Source of the DNA: the human T2T-CHM13v2.0 reference genome, Homo sapiens
DNA: 64,000 bases
Assembly (NCBI RefSeq): GCF_009914755.1
Contig: NC_060943.1
Strand: one strand, 5' to 3'
Shown in pieces: positions 1 to 64,000 of the stretch. How positions within the stretch are numbered: position 1 is the first letter of the stretch; each line of letters begins with the position of its first letter. The notes under the pieces were generated by a model that made no database searches, was not told where the DNA came from, and worked only from the letters and a program-made list of their open reading frames with translations. Both the position numbers and the translations under genes were made by a program.

Positions 1-614
1 AAAAAAAAAAAAAAGAGAGAGAGAGAGCGGGAGACCAGAGACCTCGCGGCCTCACTGTACACATCTCGCTTACAAGAAACTTAAAAGAGGCGGGGCGCAG
101 TGGCTCACGCCTGTAATCCCAGCACTTTGGGAGGCGGAGACGGGGAGGCAAGATTGCTTGAGTCCAGGAGATCCAGATCCAGACCAGCAACACAGAGATT
201 TTTTTTTTTTTTTGAGACGTAGTCTCACTCTGTCGCCCAGGCTGGAGTGCAGTGGCGCGATCTCGGCTCACTGCAACCTCCGCCTCCCGGGTTTAAGAGA
301 TTGTCCTGCCTCAGCTTCCTGAGTAGCTGGGATTACAGGCATGCGCAACCACGCCTGGCTAATTTGTATTTTTAGTGGAGGCGAGGTTTCTCCATGTTGG
401 CCAGGCTGGTCTCAAACCCTTGACCTCAGGTGATCTGCCTGCCTCAGCCTCCCAAAGTGCTGGGATTACAGGAGTGAACCCCCAAGCCCGGCTTGACATC
501 CGTCTCTTTAAAAAACAACAACAACAAAGTGTGAGAAGTGTGAAAGACAGAACGTTAAAAAAAAAAAAAGGCTAAAAAAGAATTAAAGATTTAAATATTT
601 GTATTAAAAATTTA

Positions 615-1249
<635 letters not shown>

Positions 1250-1260
<11 letters not shown>

Positions 1261-1605
1261 GGGTCCTAGGGAGGATGGGGGCCAGAGGGCTGGAAAACTG
1301 GGTCCCGGAGGAGGATGCACTGGGTGCCAGTACTTTAGGTCCTGGGAAAAGAGGAGGCTGGGACCCTGGACTCTTGGGTCTGGGGGAGGAGGCGGCCGAG
1401 ATCCCGGATTCCTGAGTGTGAGAGAGGAGCGTGTTGGGAGCCAGGACCCCTGGGTCTGAGGGCCCAGACTCCTGTGTCGGAGGAAGGGAAGGCCGGAGGC
1501 CTGGAATCCTGGGGCCTGGGTAACAAAATGCTTGTGTCTTGATTCTTGGAAGTGGGGGCGGCGCTGGGGGCCCGAACTCCTGGTTCCAGGGGAGGAAGAG
1601 GCTTG
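1250..1605 (+). repeat. Degenerate MSR1-type 36-38 bp minisatellite in NUCB1 intron 1
   Basis: Repeats of ggactcctgggtc(t)gagggaggagg-like units. Confidence 0.7.
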
Positions 1606-1657
1606 GGACAGACATTATGCATTATCCAGCCCTCCATCCCCCACAGACCACACTGCC

Positions 1658-23284
<21,627 letters not shown>

Positions 23285-24025
23285 TCCTCCGGGACCCCAG
23301 CCCTCAGGATTCCTGATGCTCCAAGGCGACTGATGGGCGCTGGATGAAGTGGCACAGTCAGCTTCCCTGGGGGCCGGTGTCATGTTGGGCTCCTGGGGCG
23401 GGGGCACGGCCTGGCATTTCACGCATTGCTGCCACCCCAGATCCACCTGTCTCCACTTTCACAGCCTCCAAGTCTGTGGCTCTTCCCTTCTGTCCTCCGA
23501 GGGGCTTGCCTTCTCTCGTGTCCAGTGAGGTGCTCAGTGATCGGCTTAACTTAGAGAAGCCCGCCCCCTCCCCTTCTCCGTCTGTCCCAAGAGGGTCTGC
23601 TCTGAGCCTGCGTTCCTAGGTGGCTCGGCCTCAGCTGCCTGGGTTGTGGCCGCCCTAGCATCCTGTATGCCCACAGCTACTGGAATCCCCGCTGCTGCTC
23701 CAGGCCAAGCTTCTGGTTGATTAATGAGGGCATGGGGTGGTCCCTCAAGACCTTCCCCTACCTTTTGTGGAACCAGTGATGCCTCAAAGACAGTGTCCCC
23801 TCCACAGCTGGGTGCCAGGGGCAGGGGATCCTCAGTATAGCCGGTGAACCCTGATACCAGGAGCCTGGGCCTCCCTGAACCCCTGGCTTCCAGCCATCTC
23901 ATCGCCAGCCTCCTCCTGGACCTCTTGGCCCCCAGCCCCTTCCCCACACAGCCCCAGAAGGGTCCCAGAGCTGACCCCACTCCAGGACCTAGGCCCAGCC
24001 CCTCAGCCTCATCTGGAGCCCCTGA

Positions 24026-33680
<9,655 letters not shown>

Positions 33681-34299
33681 TTATAATAATACAGTATATT
33701 TTACATAATAGACCATAGAGCTCAATGAATCCTCCTCACAACCCTATGTAGGTAGATGTTATCATGATCTCTGCTTTCCAGAATAGAAAAGTGAGGACCA
33801 GAGAGGGCGACCTCTTGTCCAAAAGCAATACAGCCAAGAAGGGGCAAGGAGGGTTTTGAAACCAGTCGGCCAGGCTCTGGGGCTCCTAACAAGCAAAGCA
33901 GCCTGGTTTCTAAAACTATAGCTTCTGGAAGCAGCCAATTCACAGGTCTTTACCTCCTGACTGTGAGACCTCCAAAAAATGACCAGGGATCTTGGAGTCT
34001 GTTTCCCCCTTTGTGAACTGGGGACAATAGAAGCTACTTCCCAGGTCTGCGGGGAGAAATTAGGAACGAAGAAGGTAAAGCGCAGAGCTGAGGAGCTGGT
34101 CTACAGGTGCTCTATACATATTAGTAATAATTATTAAGTTTGCTGTTACAATCCTCTCTCTCTCTGTGAACAACCCCTAATGATGCGTGGCTTTGAGAGC
34201 AAAAAAGTCAGGGCAAAGTTTTGCCACAAAGTCCAGAGGGCAAGACATTAAATCTAACTCTCAAGGATTGGTGTTGGCAAGAAAGCAAACCTCTCCTCC

Positions 34300-45795
<11,496 letters not shown>

Positions 45796-45805
45796 TGTAT
45801 CCCCG

Positions 45806-45815
45806 AATAAATAAA
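45806..45815 (+). terminator. DHDH: DHDH poly(A) signal (overlapping AATAAATAAA)
   Basis: Starts 11 nt after the stop codon; GT-rich element downstream. Confidence 0.85.
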
Positions 45816-45870
45816 GACATCTTACATCTTCGTGGTAGTGGTTTGGCAGAAGCTGGAGAACCCAGTATCA

Positions 45871-46264
<394 letters not shown>

Positions 46265-46267
46265 TCA

Positions 46268-46558
<291 letters not shown>

Positions 46559-47078
46559 TCAGGACCACATTCCCAGAAGCTCCTGGCACAGACACCTGTG
46601 GGAAGATCCACCGTTTGCCTGTCACGGCCTCTCTGGGGTTTGACCCTCATTGCCTTGGAGTGACTTTTGCAAAACAACTTGATTTCTCACCTCAAAAATC
46701 AGTCTTTTTCTGGACTCCTGAAAGCCACCCAGCTTTTGTTCTTGTTGCTCTTCCTGCCTGTAATTGTCTCTCCTTGAATTCAATATAGTAGTCAGGCTGT
46801 TCCTTTCGACAGTGTCAGAAACACAACTCAGAATGTCTCCACAAGGCCAGGCATGGGGGTCACAGCACTTTGGGAGGCTGAGACAGGAGGACCACGTGAG
46901 GCCAGGAGTTTGAGACCAGGCTGGGCAACATAGTGAGACCCCGTCTCTTAAAAAAAAAAAAAAAAAAAAAGCCTGCACAGGAATGGAATGCTTGGTAATT
47001 AAAGCCTTCAGGGCAGGGCAGGCATCAGCCCAGGACTCTGTTTTTCTCTATCTCTTTGACTTTCCTTGGCATGGGTTT

Positions 47079-48491
47079 TAATGGCAGCAGTGGGCCATCT
47101 GGTACAGCCGGGGCCATCATGCTGGCTGCTGCCGGGAGGGCACAGAAAAGAGATGGACAGACCCTCACCCCTGCAGTCCGCTGCCCGGGGGGCTGCCCCC
47201 ACAGAGCTGGGCCGGGTTTTGTGCCAGGTGAGGGGGAGCTCCAGGCCGTCTCTGAGTGCCAGGGTCACAGGAGGAGCTCACAGCCATGTTGCTTCGGCCC
47301 CCGATGCCAGCCCAGTCCTAGTAAGGACCCAGAGCTCCCACCCCTGGCTGCACATGGGTACAGTCAGGTGCCATGCTTCATGGAGCTGGCAGGAGCTGGG
47401 GACACACGGGAGCCCTGCCCCTTCCAAGATCAGGAGGGTGAGAGCTCCCCAGGAGCAACTGCAGCTGCCCAGGCCGTGGCTGCAATCCAGACACCCCCGT
47501 GCTATTGGGAGCTGGGAGTAGACAGGAGCCACACCCAGTTGTGTCTATGGATGTGGATGTGGGCCTCCTGCTCTACAGAGCAGGCAGGAGCCCCGCCCCC
47601 CAAGGCACAGCTGCAGCCCCCAAACCGGGGCTGTAGACCCAGGCATTCCTGCACTCCTGAGAGGCCTGGAAAGGCCTCCCTTGTCCTTGTAGGCTCAGAG
47701 GTGCCTGCTACCACTGCCTGGCCTCTCCCCACTCCCTCTCTTGCTCTGATCTCAGAGTGGGGTTGGGGCTGAGCCCAGGTGCTGACATTGTCCACCAGGT
47801 GTGCACATGCTCAGGGTAGTGCTAACATGTGCGAGCACTCTGCCACCTTGGCCTCCTCCAGACATTGGGTGCCGAGGAGCACAAGAGGGGAACCTGAGGG
47901 GGTGCTAAGGGTGGCTGGGTGCTGGCGTGAAGGTGCCCCTTGGTGCCAGCAGCCTGGGCACCATGGATGGCCATGGGAGGCAGACAGGCTCCTGGGCAGA
48001 AGGGGGCAGGTCCCCAGTGAAGCCCCACCTTCAGGCCAGGCAGGTTTGAAGCCTGGGGGCCAGGGTGCCAGTCCTGTGGACTGAAGGGGGAACTCATGGT
48101 GCTTTTTCCTGGGCCCACCCATCCTGCCATGGACCAATAAGCATGCACTTCCCCTCTGTGAGGCCCATAAAAGCCCCAGGCTCAGCCAGAGCCAGCAGAG
48201 GACAGAGAGACAACAGGATGACCAGCTACAGAGCGGAGCTACCCTCTCCAGGGCTCCTCTCTACTGAGAGCTGAGCACTTGGTGGGACAACCTGCCTACA
48301 GAGAAGAACTACCCACTGCGGGTCTCCCCTGAGCTGTTGTAATACTCAATAAAGCTCCTGTTTGTCTTTTTCACCCTTCCGTTGTCTGCATACCTCATTC
48401 TTCCTGGACACAGGACAAGAACTAGGGCAAAGGCACCACCAGCCACAGAGGTTTCTGGCCAGAAAAGCAACACCCCAAAGATCCTGTAACA
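47079..48491 (+). mobile_element. MER52-type ERV1 solo LTR
   Basis: Termini t(a)atggcagcag...ccccaaagatcctgtaaca; internal AATAAA; GTTT 4-bp TSD. Confidence 0.75.
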
Positions 48492-48989
48492 GTTTCACCA
48501 GTTAAGTGTAGGCCTGGGCACTGGAGCCAGATGGTGCCTGTGACCTCAGGAAACTAATAGCGTGTGGGTAGGAAGTGTCCCTAAATACACTCTCCCCCAG
48601 CCTCTGTTTGTCTCTTCATCAGTAAAGGGGTACTACTAACTTTCCTCTGCTGAGGAATAAATGAGATGGTGACTGATGGGGCCGGGCGCGGTGGCTCACG
48701 CCTGTAATCCCAGCACTTTGGGAGGCCGAGGCAGGCAGATCATGAGGTCAGGAGATCGAGACCATCCTGGCTAACACGGTGAAACCCCGTCTCTACTAAA
48801 AATACAAAAATATTAGCTGGGTATAGTGGCGGGCGCCTATAGTCTCAGCTACTCGGAAGGCTGAGGCAGGAGAATGGCATGAACCTGGGAGTCGGAGTTT
48901 GCTGTGAGCCAAGATCACGCCACTGCACTCCAGCCTGGGTGACACAGTGAGACTCCATCTCAAAAAAAAAAAAAAAATGAGAAGGTGAC

Positions 48990-50145
48990 TGATATGTAGT
49001 TTGGATCTGAGTCCCTGCCCAAATCCCATCTTGAAATTTAATTTCCAGTTTTGGAGGCAGGGCCTGGTACAAGGTGATTGGCTCATGGGGGTGGCTTTCT
49101 CGTGAATGGTTTAGCACCATCACCTTGGTATCACCCTCACGACAGTGAGTTCTCTCGAGATCTGGTCATTTGAAAATGTGTAGTGTTGGGAATAGACCCC
49201 CAAAATCTGGCCATAAACTGGCCCCAAAACTGGCCATAAACAAAATCTCTGCAGCACTGTGACATGTTTGTGATGGCCATGACGCCCATGCCGGAAGGCT
49301 GTGGGTTTACTGGAATGAGGGCAAGGAATCCCTGGCCGACCCAGGGTGGAAAACTGCTTCAAGGCGTTCTTAAACCACAAAAAATAGCATGACTGATCTG
49401 TGCCTTCAGGACATGTTCCTGCTGCAGATAACTAGCCAGAGCCCATCCCTTTATTTCGGCCCATCCCTTTGTTTCCCATAAGGAATACTTTCAGTTAATC
49501 TATAATCTGTAGAAACAATGCTTATCACTGGCTTACTGTCAAAAAATCTCTGTTCGAGGCTCTCAGCTCTGAAGGCTGTGAGACCCCTGATTTCCCACTC
49601 CACACCTCTATATTTCTGTGTGTGTGTCTTTAATTCCTCTAGCGCCACTGGGTTAGGGTCTCCCCAACCAAGCTGGTCTTGGCAGTGTAGCACCTTCCCC
49701 ACTCTCTCCTGCTCCTTCTCCCGCCTTGTGAGATGCTTGTTCCCCCTTCACCTTCTGCCATGACTGGAAGCTTCCTGAGGCCTCCCCAGAAGCAGAAGCC
49801 TGTGTTACACTTGCTGTACACAGTCTGCAGAACCATGAGCCAATTAAACCTCATTTTTTTTTTTTTTTTTGAGATGAAGTCTCACTCTGTGGCCCAGGGT
49901 GGAGTGCAGTGGCACGATCTCACCTCACCGCAACCTCTGCTTCCCAGGTTCAAGTGATTCTTTTGCTTAGCCTCCCAAGTAGCTAGGATTACAGGTGTGC
50001 ACCACTGCACACGGCTAATTTTTTTTTGTCTTGAACTCCTGACGTTAGGTAACCTGCCTGCCTTGGCAAATCCAAAGTACTAGGATTACAGGTGTGAGCC
50101 ACTGTGCCCAGCAAACCTCTTTTGTTTATAAATTACCCAGCCTCT
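48990..50145 (+). mobile_element. MST (MaLR) LTR interrupted by MER9 and an Alu
   Basis: tgatatgtagtttggatc..., agaaccatgagccaattaaacctc, tataaattacccag motifs. Confidence 0.75.
49184..49684 (+). mobile_element. MER9 (HML-3) solo LTR
   Basis: TGTTGGGAA...ccccaaaatctggccataaactggcccc...GGCA; GTGTAG 6-bp TSD on both sides. Confidence 0.85.
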
Positions 50146-50757
50146 GTCAGGTGCAGTGGCTCATGCCTGTAATTTGAGCATTTTGGGAAGCTGAGGTGGG
50201 CAGATCACTTGAGGTCAAGAGTTCAAGACCAACCTGGCCAACATGGTGAAATCCCGTCTCTACTAAAAATACAAAAATTAGGCCGGGCACAGTGGCTCAC
50301 ACCTGTAATCCCAGCACTTCGGGAGGCCAAGGCGGGCAGACCACCTGAGATCAGGAGTTCTAGCCAGCTTGGCCAACATGGTGAAACCCCATCTCTACTA
50401 AAAATACAAAAATCACCTGGGCATGGTGGTGCATGCCTGTAATCCCAGCTACTCGGGAGGCTGAGACAGCAGAGATCTCTTGAACCTGGGAGGCGGAGGT
50501 TGCAGTGAGCCAAGATTGCACCACTCCACTCCAGCCTGGGTGAAAGAAAAAAGAAATTAATGGGTGGCTTAGCTGGGTGGTTCCAGCTCAGGGTCTCCCT
50601 GAAAATTGCAGTCATGACATCAGTCAGGACTATCTTCACCTGAAAGCTTGACTGGGGCTGAAGAATCCCTTTCCAAAATGATTAACTCACCTGGCCAGAG
50701 GACTTGGTTTCCTGCCACCCGTGTTTCGCCAGAGTATGACTGCTTGAGTGTCCTCAC

Positions 50758-51149
50758 TGTCACACGTGTCCGTGCAAAGAGACCACCTAACAGACTTTGT
50801 GTGAGCAACAAGGCTGTTTATTTCACCTGGGTGCAGGTGGGCTGAGTCTGAAAAGGGAGTCAGCAAAGGGTGGTGGGATTATCATTAGTTCTTATAGGTT
50901 TGGGATAGGTGTACAAATTACATTCTCAAGAGTGGGGAGAATATTGCAAAGTACCTTCTTAAGTGGGGTGGAGGGGAGAATATATCATATCAGTTAGAGT
51001 GGGGCAGGAACAAATCACCATGGTGGAATGTCATCAGTTAAGGCTATTTTCACTTCTTTTGTGGATCTTCAGTTGCTTCCGGCCATCTGGATGTGTACGT
51101 GCAGGTCACAGGGGATATGACGGCTTAGCTTGGGCTCAGAGGCCTGACA
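50758..51149 (-). mobile_element. LTR7-family (HERV-H) solo LTR inserted in an MLT1-like element
   Basis: Minus strand starts TGTCAGGCCTCTGAGCCCAAGCTAAGCC; CTCAC 5-bp TSD. Confidence 0.85.
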
Positions 51150-52276
51150 CTCACCACATGGCAGCTGGCTTTCCTTAAAGGAAGTGATCTGAAAGGGAAC
51201 AAGGTGGAAGCTGTAGTGGCTTTTCTGACCTGTCCTGTGAAATCACACTCTGTCATTTCCACAATATCCTCTTGGTCACACTGTTTAGCCCTATTGAGTG
51301 TGGGCAGAGACCACACAGCAGCATGAATACCTGGAGGTGTGACTCCTCAGGTGCCATCTTGGATGTGGGCTTAATAGTTTTGATTCAGCATCTTTATTAT
51401 TATAAAGAGTTTGGCTGGGTGCGGTGGCTCACGCCTGTAATCCCAGCACTTTGGGAGGCCAAGGCGGGCGGATCATGAGGGCAAGAGATCGAGACCATCC
51501 TGGCCAACATGGCAAAAGCCTATCTCTAATAAAAATATCAAAATTAGCAGGGCGTTGTCACACGCCTATAGTCCCAGCTACTCAGGAGGCTGAGGCAGGA
51601 GAATCACTTGAACCCGGAGGCGGAGGTTGCAGTGAACTGAGATCACACCACTGCACTCCAGCCTGGCGACAGAGCAAGACTCCGTCTCAAAAAACAAAAC
51701 AAAGCAAAACAAAACAAAACACACAAAAAAGAGTTTTAGTCAGGCACAGTGACGCATGCCTGTAGTCCCAGCACTGTGGGAAACTGAGGCAGGTGGCTCA
51801 CTTGAGCCCAGGGGTTTGAGACCAGCCTGGGCAACATGGCAAAACCCTCTCTCTACAAAAAATACAAAATTAGCAGTGCATAGTGGCACACAGGTGTAGT
51901 CCCAGCTACTCCAGAAGCTGAGGTGGGAGGATCCCTTGAGCCCAGGAGGTCGAGGTGGCAGTGAGCCACAGTTGTGTCATTGCACTCCAGCCTGGACGAC
52001 AGAGGGAGATCCTGTCTCAAAATAAATAAATAAAAATAAAAATAAACAGTTTTGACTTCACAACTAGCTAAAAAGTGTATTCCCTCACTCAGTGACTGTA
52101 CTGTTCAGAGGTGTATACCTGCATTAAAAGCCCTTTCCTTCCTTCTCTGTAACTGGAGTAGGGAAGGGCTATCTCATTGGACTGGAGTAACACACACAGA
52201 TAAAGCCGGATGCAAAGTTAACAGGAAACACTATTTCTCTCAAGGATACGCTTTGTTTGTTTTTTTTTTGAGATGA

Positions 52277-52591
<315 letters not shown>

Positions 52592-52817
52592 TAAATTGTT
52601 GGAAATTCTATCAGTAAAAATGAAACATCCGAGTCTTGCTGACAGGATCTAATCCACTTGATACAGAGTAGCAGCCTTGATTTCCAAAGCAGGTGCACAG
52701 CTTCAGATAAAGGGTTTCTGGATGCAACATTTCACATGTACCTTCTTGTTTCCAGCGATTCAGGACACTGGTTTCACTTCACAGTCCTGATCCAATGTTG
52801 ACCTTGCTTTGCTCTAA

Positions 52818-53274
<457 letters not shown>

Positions 53275-53306
53275 TAGGCTGGTCACAAACTCCTGACCTC
53301 AGATGA

Positions 53307-53537
<231 letters not shown>

Positions 53538-54391
53538 TGATCCTTCAAGGTCAAGAGGAAATACCTCCTCTGAGAAGTCTTCTCTGAATGTCAGAGGCAG
53601 ACAATGTTTGATTTCTGCATGCTCCCCAACATTCAATCATACAGTTATTGAATAACACATTTTGAGAGATAACTATGAATCAAGTAACATGCTGGTTTCT
53701 GGGAGAATTGAGGACAAATTAACCTTGTGGAAATTTTGGGTGGATGAAAAAAACCAACATTAAATTAAAACACTGCACACATTTACAGCTGTGAGAAGCA
53801 TTACACATCCTGGGTGCTATGCGAGCTTTTTTTTTTTTTTTTTTTTTTTTGAGTTGGAGTTTCCCTCTTGTTACTGAGGCTGGAGAGCAAGGTCACGATC
53901 TCGGCTCACTGCAACCTCTGCCTCCAGATTCAAACGATTCCCCTGCCTCAGCTCCCGAGTAGCTGGGACTACAGGTGCCTGCCACCACACCTGGCTAATT
54001 TAGAATTTTTAGTAGGGATAGGGTTTCACCGTGTTGGCCAGGCTGGTCTCAAACTCCTGACCTCAGGTGATCTACCCATCTCGGCCTCCCAAAGTGCTGG
54101 GATTACAGAAGTGAGCCACTGAGCCCAACCAGGAGCTTTTTCGAGAAAGAAGGAAGTCCAAGAGATCTTCCTGACACCCTAGTCTGACTCTGCCCTTTGC
54201 CTGCTCAAAATTTCCCCATGCTTCCCAGCGGCCTTCTGGACATAGATCAAGTCCCTTCTCTGACAGGCCCAAACCCTTTATCATCTGATCCTAGCTCATT
54301 TTTCTGAGTTTTCCTTAGTTGCTATTATTTTCTGTCTAAAGTGACATGTCATAATATTCATAAAGCACACAAGTCTTATGTGTACAGCTCA

Positions 54392-54922
<531 letters not shown>

Positions 54923-55196
54923 TCATGACTGGGTGGGGTGGCTCAAGCCTGTAATCTCAGCACTTTGGGAGGCCAAGGTGCGAGGATCGCTTGAGTCTGG
55001 GAGTTCAGAGACCAGCCTGGGCAACATAGAGAGACCTCATCTCCACATAAAAAGTTTTAAAAATTAACCAGGGGCGGTGTAGTCCCAGCTACTCAGGAGG
55101 CTGAGGTGGGAGGCTTCAGCCCGGGAATTCCAGACTGCAGTGAGCCATGATTGGGCCACTGCACTCCAGCCTGGGCAACACAGTGAGACCCTGTCT

Positions 55197-55228
<32 letters not shown>

Positions 55229-55325
55229 AGGAAAAAACAAACAAACAGAAAAGCAGGCCTGGCGCGGTAGCTCATGCCTGTAATCCCAGCGCTTTGGAAG
55301 GCTGAGACGGGGTTATCTCTTGGGC

Positions 55326-55365
55326 TCACAAGTTAGAGACAAGCCTGGGCGTGGGCTATATTGCT
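55326..55365 (+). promoter_or_regulatory. BAX: BAX promoter p53 response element plus GC element
   Basis: TCACAAGTTA-G-AGACAAGCCT-GGGCGTGGGC matches RRRCWWGYYY half-sites and the recognised BAX p53 element. Confidence 0.88.
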
Positions 55366-55539
55366 AGATCCAGGTCTCTGCAAAAAACAAAACCACTCAG
55401 TTTTTAGTCATCTATAACGTCCTGCCTGGAAGCATGCTATTTTGGGCCTCTGAGCTTTTGCACTTGCTAATTCCTTCTGCGCTGGGGAGAGCTCAAACCC
55501 TGCCCGAAACTTCTAAAAATGGTGCCTGGATAAATGAAG

Positions 55540-55810
55540 GCATTAGAGCTGCGATTGGACGGGCGGCTGTTGGACGGCGCCACTGCTGGCACTTATCGGG
55601 AGATGCTCATTGGACAGTCACGTGACGGGACCAAACCTCCCGAGGGAGCGAGGCAGGTGCGGTCACGTGACCCGGCGGCGCTGCGGGGCAGCGGCCATTT
55701 TGCGGGGCGGCCACGTGAAGGACGCACGTTCAGCGGGGCTCTCACGTGACCCGGGCGCGCTGCGGCCGCCCGCGCGGACCCGGCGAGAGGCGGCGGCGGG
55801 AGCGGCGGTG
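55540..55810 (+). promoter_or_regulatory. BAX: BAX CpG-island core promoter/5'UTR: four CACGTG E-boxes, two inverted CCAAT boxes, YY1-like site
   Basis: GTCACGTGAC at 55617-55626 and 55662-55671; CACGTG at 55712 and 55743; ATTGG at 55554 and 55609; GCCATTTT at about 55694. Confidence 0.85.
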
Positions 55811-62521
<6,711 letters not shown>

Positions 62522-62661
62522 GGCCCCCAGCTGCCTTGGACTGTGTTTTTCCTCCATAAATTATGGCATTTTTCTGGGAGGGGTGGGGATTGGGGGACAT
62601 GGGCATTTTTCTTACTTTTGTAATTATTGGGGGGTGTGGGGAAGAGTGGTCTTGAGGGGGT

Positions 62662-62667
62662 AATAAA
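62662..62667 (+). terminator. BAX: BAX poly(A) signal AATAAA
   Basis: Canonical hexamer about 140 nt after the stop codon. Confidence 0.85.
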
Positions 62668-63504
62668 CCTCCTTCGGGACACACTTCGGCATCTGAGTCA
62701 CTGGGCCTCTGCCCCGCTCCCCGGCACGTCAGGAGAGCAGGCCCTGTCCGCTGCCCCACGCCGGGCCCGCCGTCTGCTGGCCTAGAGATACCTGCTTGGG
62801 CCACTCAGGGACGTGGGGCTCTCTGCACTCACTTGACATCTTTTTCTGGGGTGCCCTGTGGGGTCTGTGGGTTAGGGATGAGTTGGTCCTGGGCCTGACC
62901 TGCAGGAGCTCACGGGAAAGGAAAAGAAGGGAGCTCACGGGAAAGGAAAAGGGAGCTCACGGGAAACGAGGGTGATAGGTGGTACATCTGTCGCAGCCCA
63001 GGATGATCTGTGCGGGACAGAGGCAGCGGCCTGTGAGGCCCAAGCAGGCGTGTGGGTAAGGGAAGAACAGCACGGCCGGCTGCAGAGCAAGCCTCCGCGG
63101 CCCGGGGACCACAGCCTGGCGTGTCACACGTGGGACCTCAGGAGGCCATACCTTTACCGAGCTGGAGAATGGGAGTGGGGGGAGGAGGGATGGGAGGACC
63201 AGAGGAGCAGGAAGGGCTCTGGAGCCTGGTGGTGAGGTCGCTGGAGGGTGGCAGGCTGAGGACACCAGGGCGAGGGCCCACGGGAGAGGCCTCCTGAGCT
63301 GGGCTGAGGACAGAGAGGAAGGGACCTGGCTGGCGACTGAGAGGCTGGAGGGCAGGGCAGAGGAGGAGGAACCTGGTCTGGCCCCACAGCTGGGTGGGGC
63401 CCCCCTGGAGAGGAACTGCCGGAAGAAGGTGCTGAGCTCAGAGGCCCAGTGACCTTAGACACAGGCGGAGCGAAGACAAGGGGGCTAGAGGATGTGGGTT
63501 CTCA

Positions 63505-64000
63505 GTCACAGGGTCTCTGGCACCCCCCTCTGGGTCTTTACCCCCTCCCATCTCTGGGTCTCTGTCCCCATGCTCTGGGTCTTTGCTTTCCGAGCCTCTG
63601 TTCCCACCCCACCTTTGGCCCTCTTTCTCTGGGCCTCTTTCCACCCCTGGCACCCAGACCTCTGGCCCCCTCTCTCTGGGTCTCTGTCCCCCCCTCTGGA
63701 TCTCTGGCCCCCCATCTCTCTCTGGGTCTGTCCCCCGACCCTGAGTTTCTGTCTCCCTCTCTCTGGGTCTCTGTCCTCTCTCTGGCTGTCACTCTCTCTT
63801 GGGTCTCTGTACCTCCCCTCTCTCTGGGTCTCTTTCCCTCTCCCCGGTCTCTGTCCCCCGCCCCCGGGTCCCTGTCCCCCCCCCCCAGGTCTCAGTCCTC
63901 CCTAGTCTCTGTCCCCTTCTGAGTCCCTGTCCCCCCTCTCTCTGGGTCTCTGTACCCCCTTCTCTGGATCTCTGTCCCCACCTCTCTCTGGATCTCTGTC
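63505..64000 (+). repeat. CT-rich degenerate tandem repeat (tctctgggtctctgtccccc)n
   Basis: Units of about 22-25 bp running off the window end; similar short tract at about 20220-20310. Confidence 0.85.

Noticed and set aside
47056-47772. 238-aa ORF
   Set aside because: Lies in the GC-rich MER52-type LTR; no recognisable domain

Overview
Human (primate) genomic DNA, recognisable as the chr19q13.33 NUCB1-DHDH-BAX cluster, with all three genes on the + strand. NUCB1 has 13 exons (12 coding, 461 aa), DHDH 7 coding exons (334 aa) and BAX-alpha 6 exons (192 aa). I rebuilt each from GT-AG junctions and every frame is intact. The window is very Alu-rich and also holds MSR1-type 37-bp minisatellites, a long (GGAT)n tract and several LTRs (LTR5, MER52, MST/MER9, MLT1/LTR7, and a fragmented class III ERV). 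Most striking unexplained structures: (1) a recurring inverted pair of long ZNF143/THAP11-type ACTACAnnTCCCA motifs with near-fixed geometry (28-bp arms, 25-26-bp spacer) in three short introns of two unrelated genes; (2) an HERV-K LTR5 whose two ends are both U3 ends (about 50-bp TIRs) inside a perfect 6-bp TSD; (3) an Alu-bounded duplication of about 550 bp shared by NUCB1 intron 4 and DHDH intron 3; (4) a tailless BC200 retrocopy; (5) the BAX promoter p53 element built from an Alu monomer. Repeat family names come from recalled consensus sequences and were not checked against a database.
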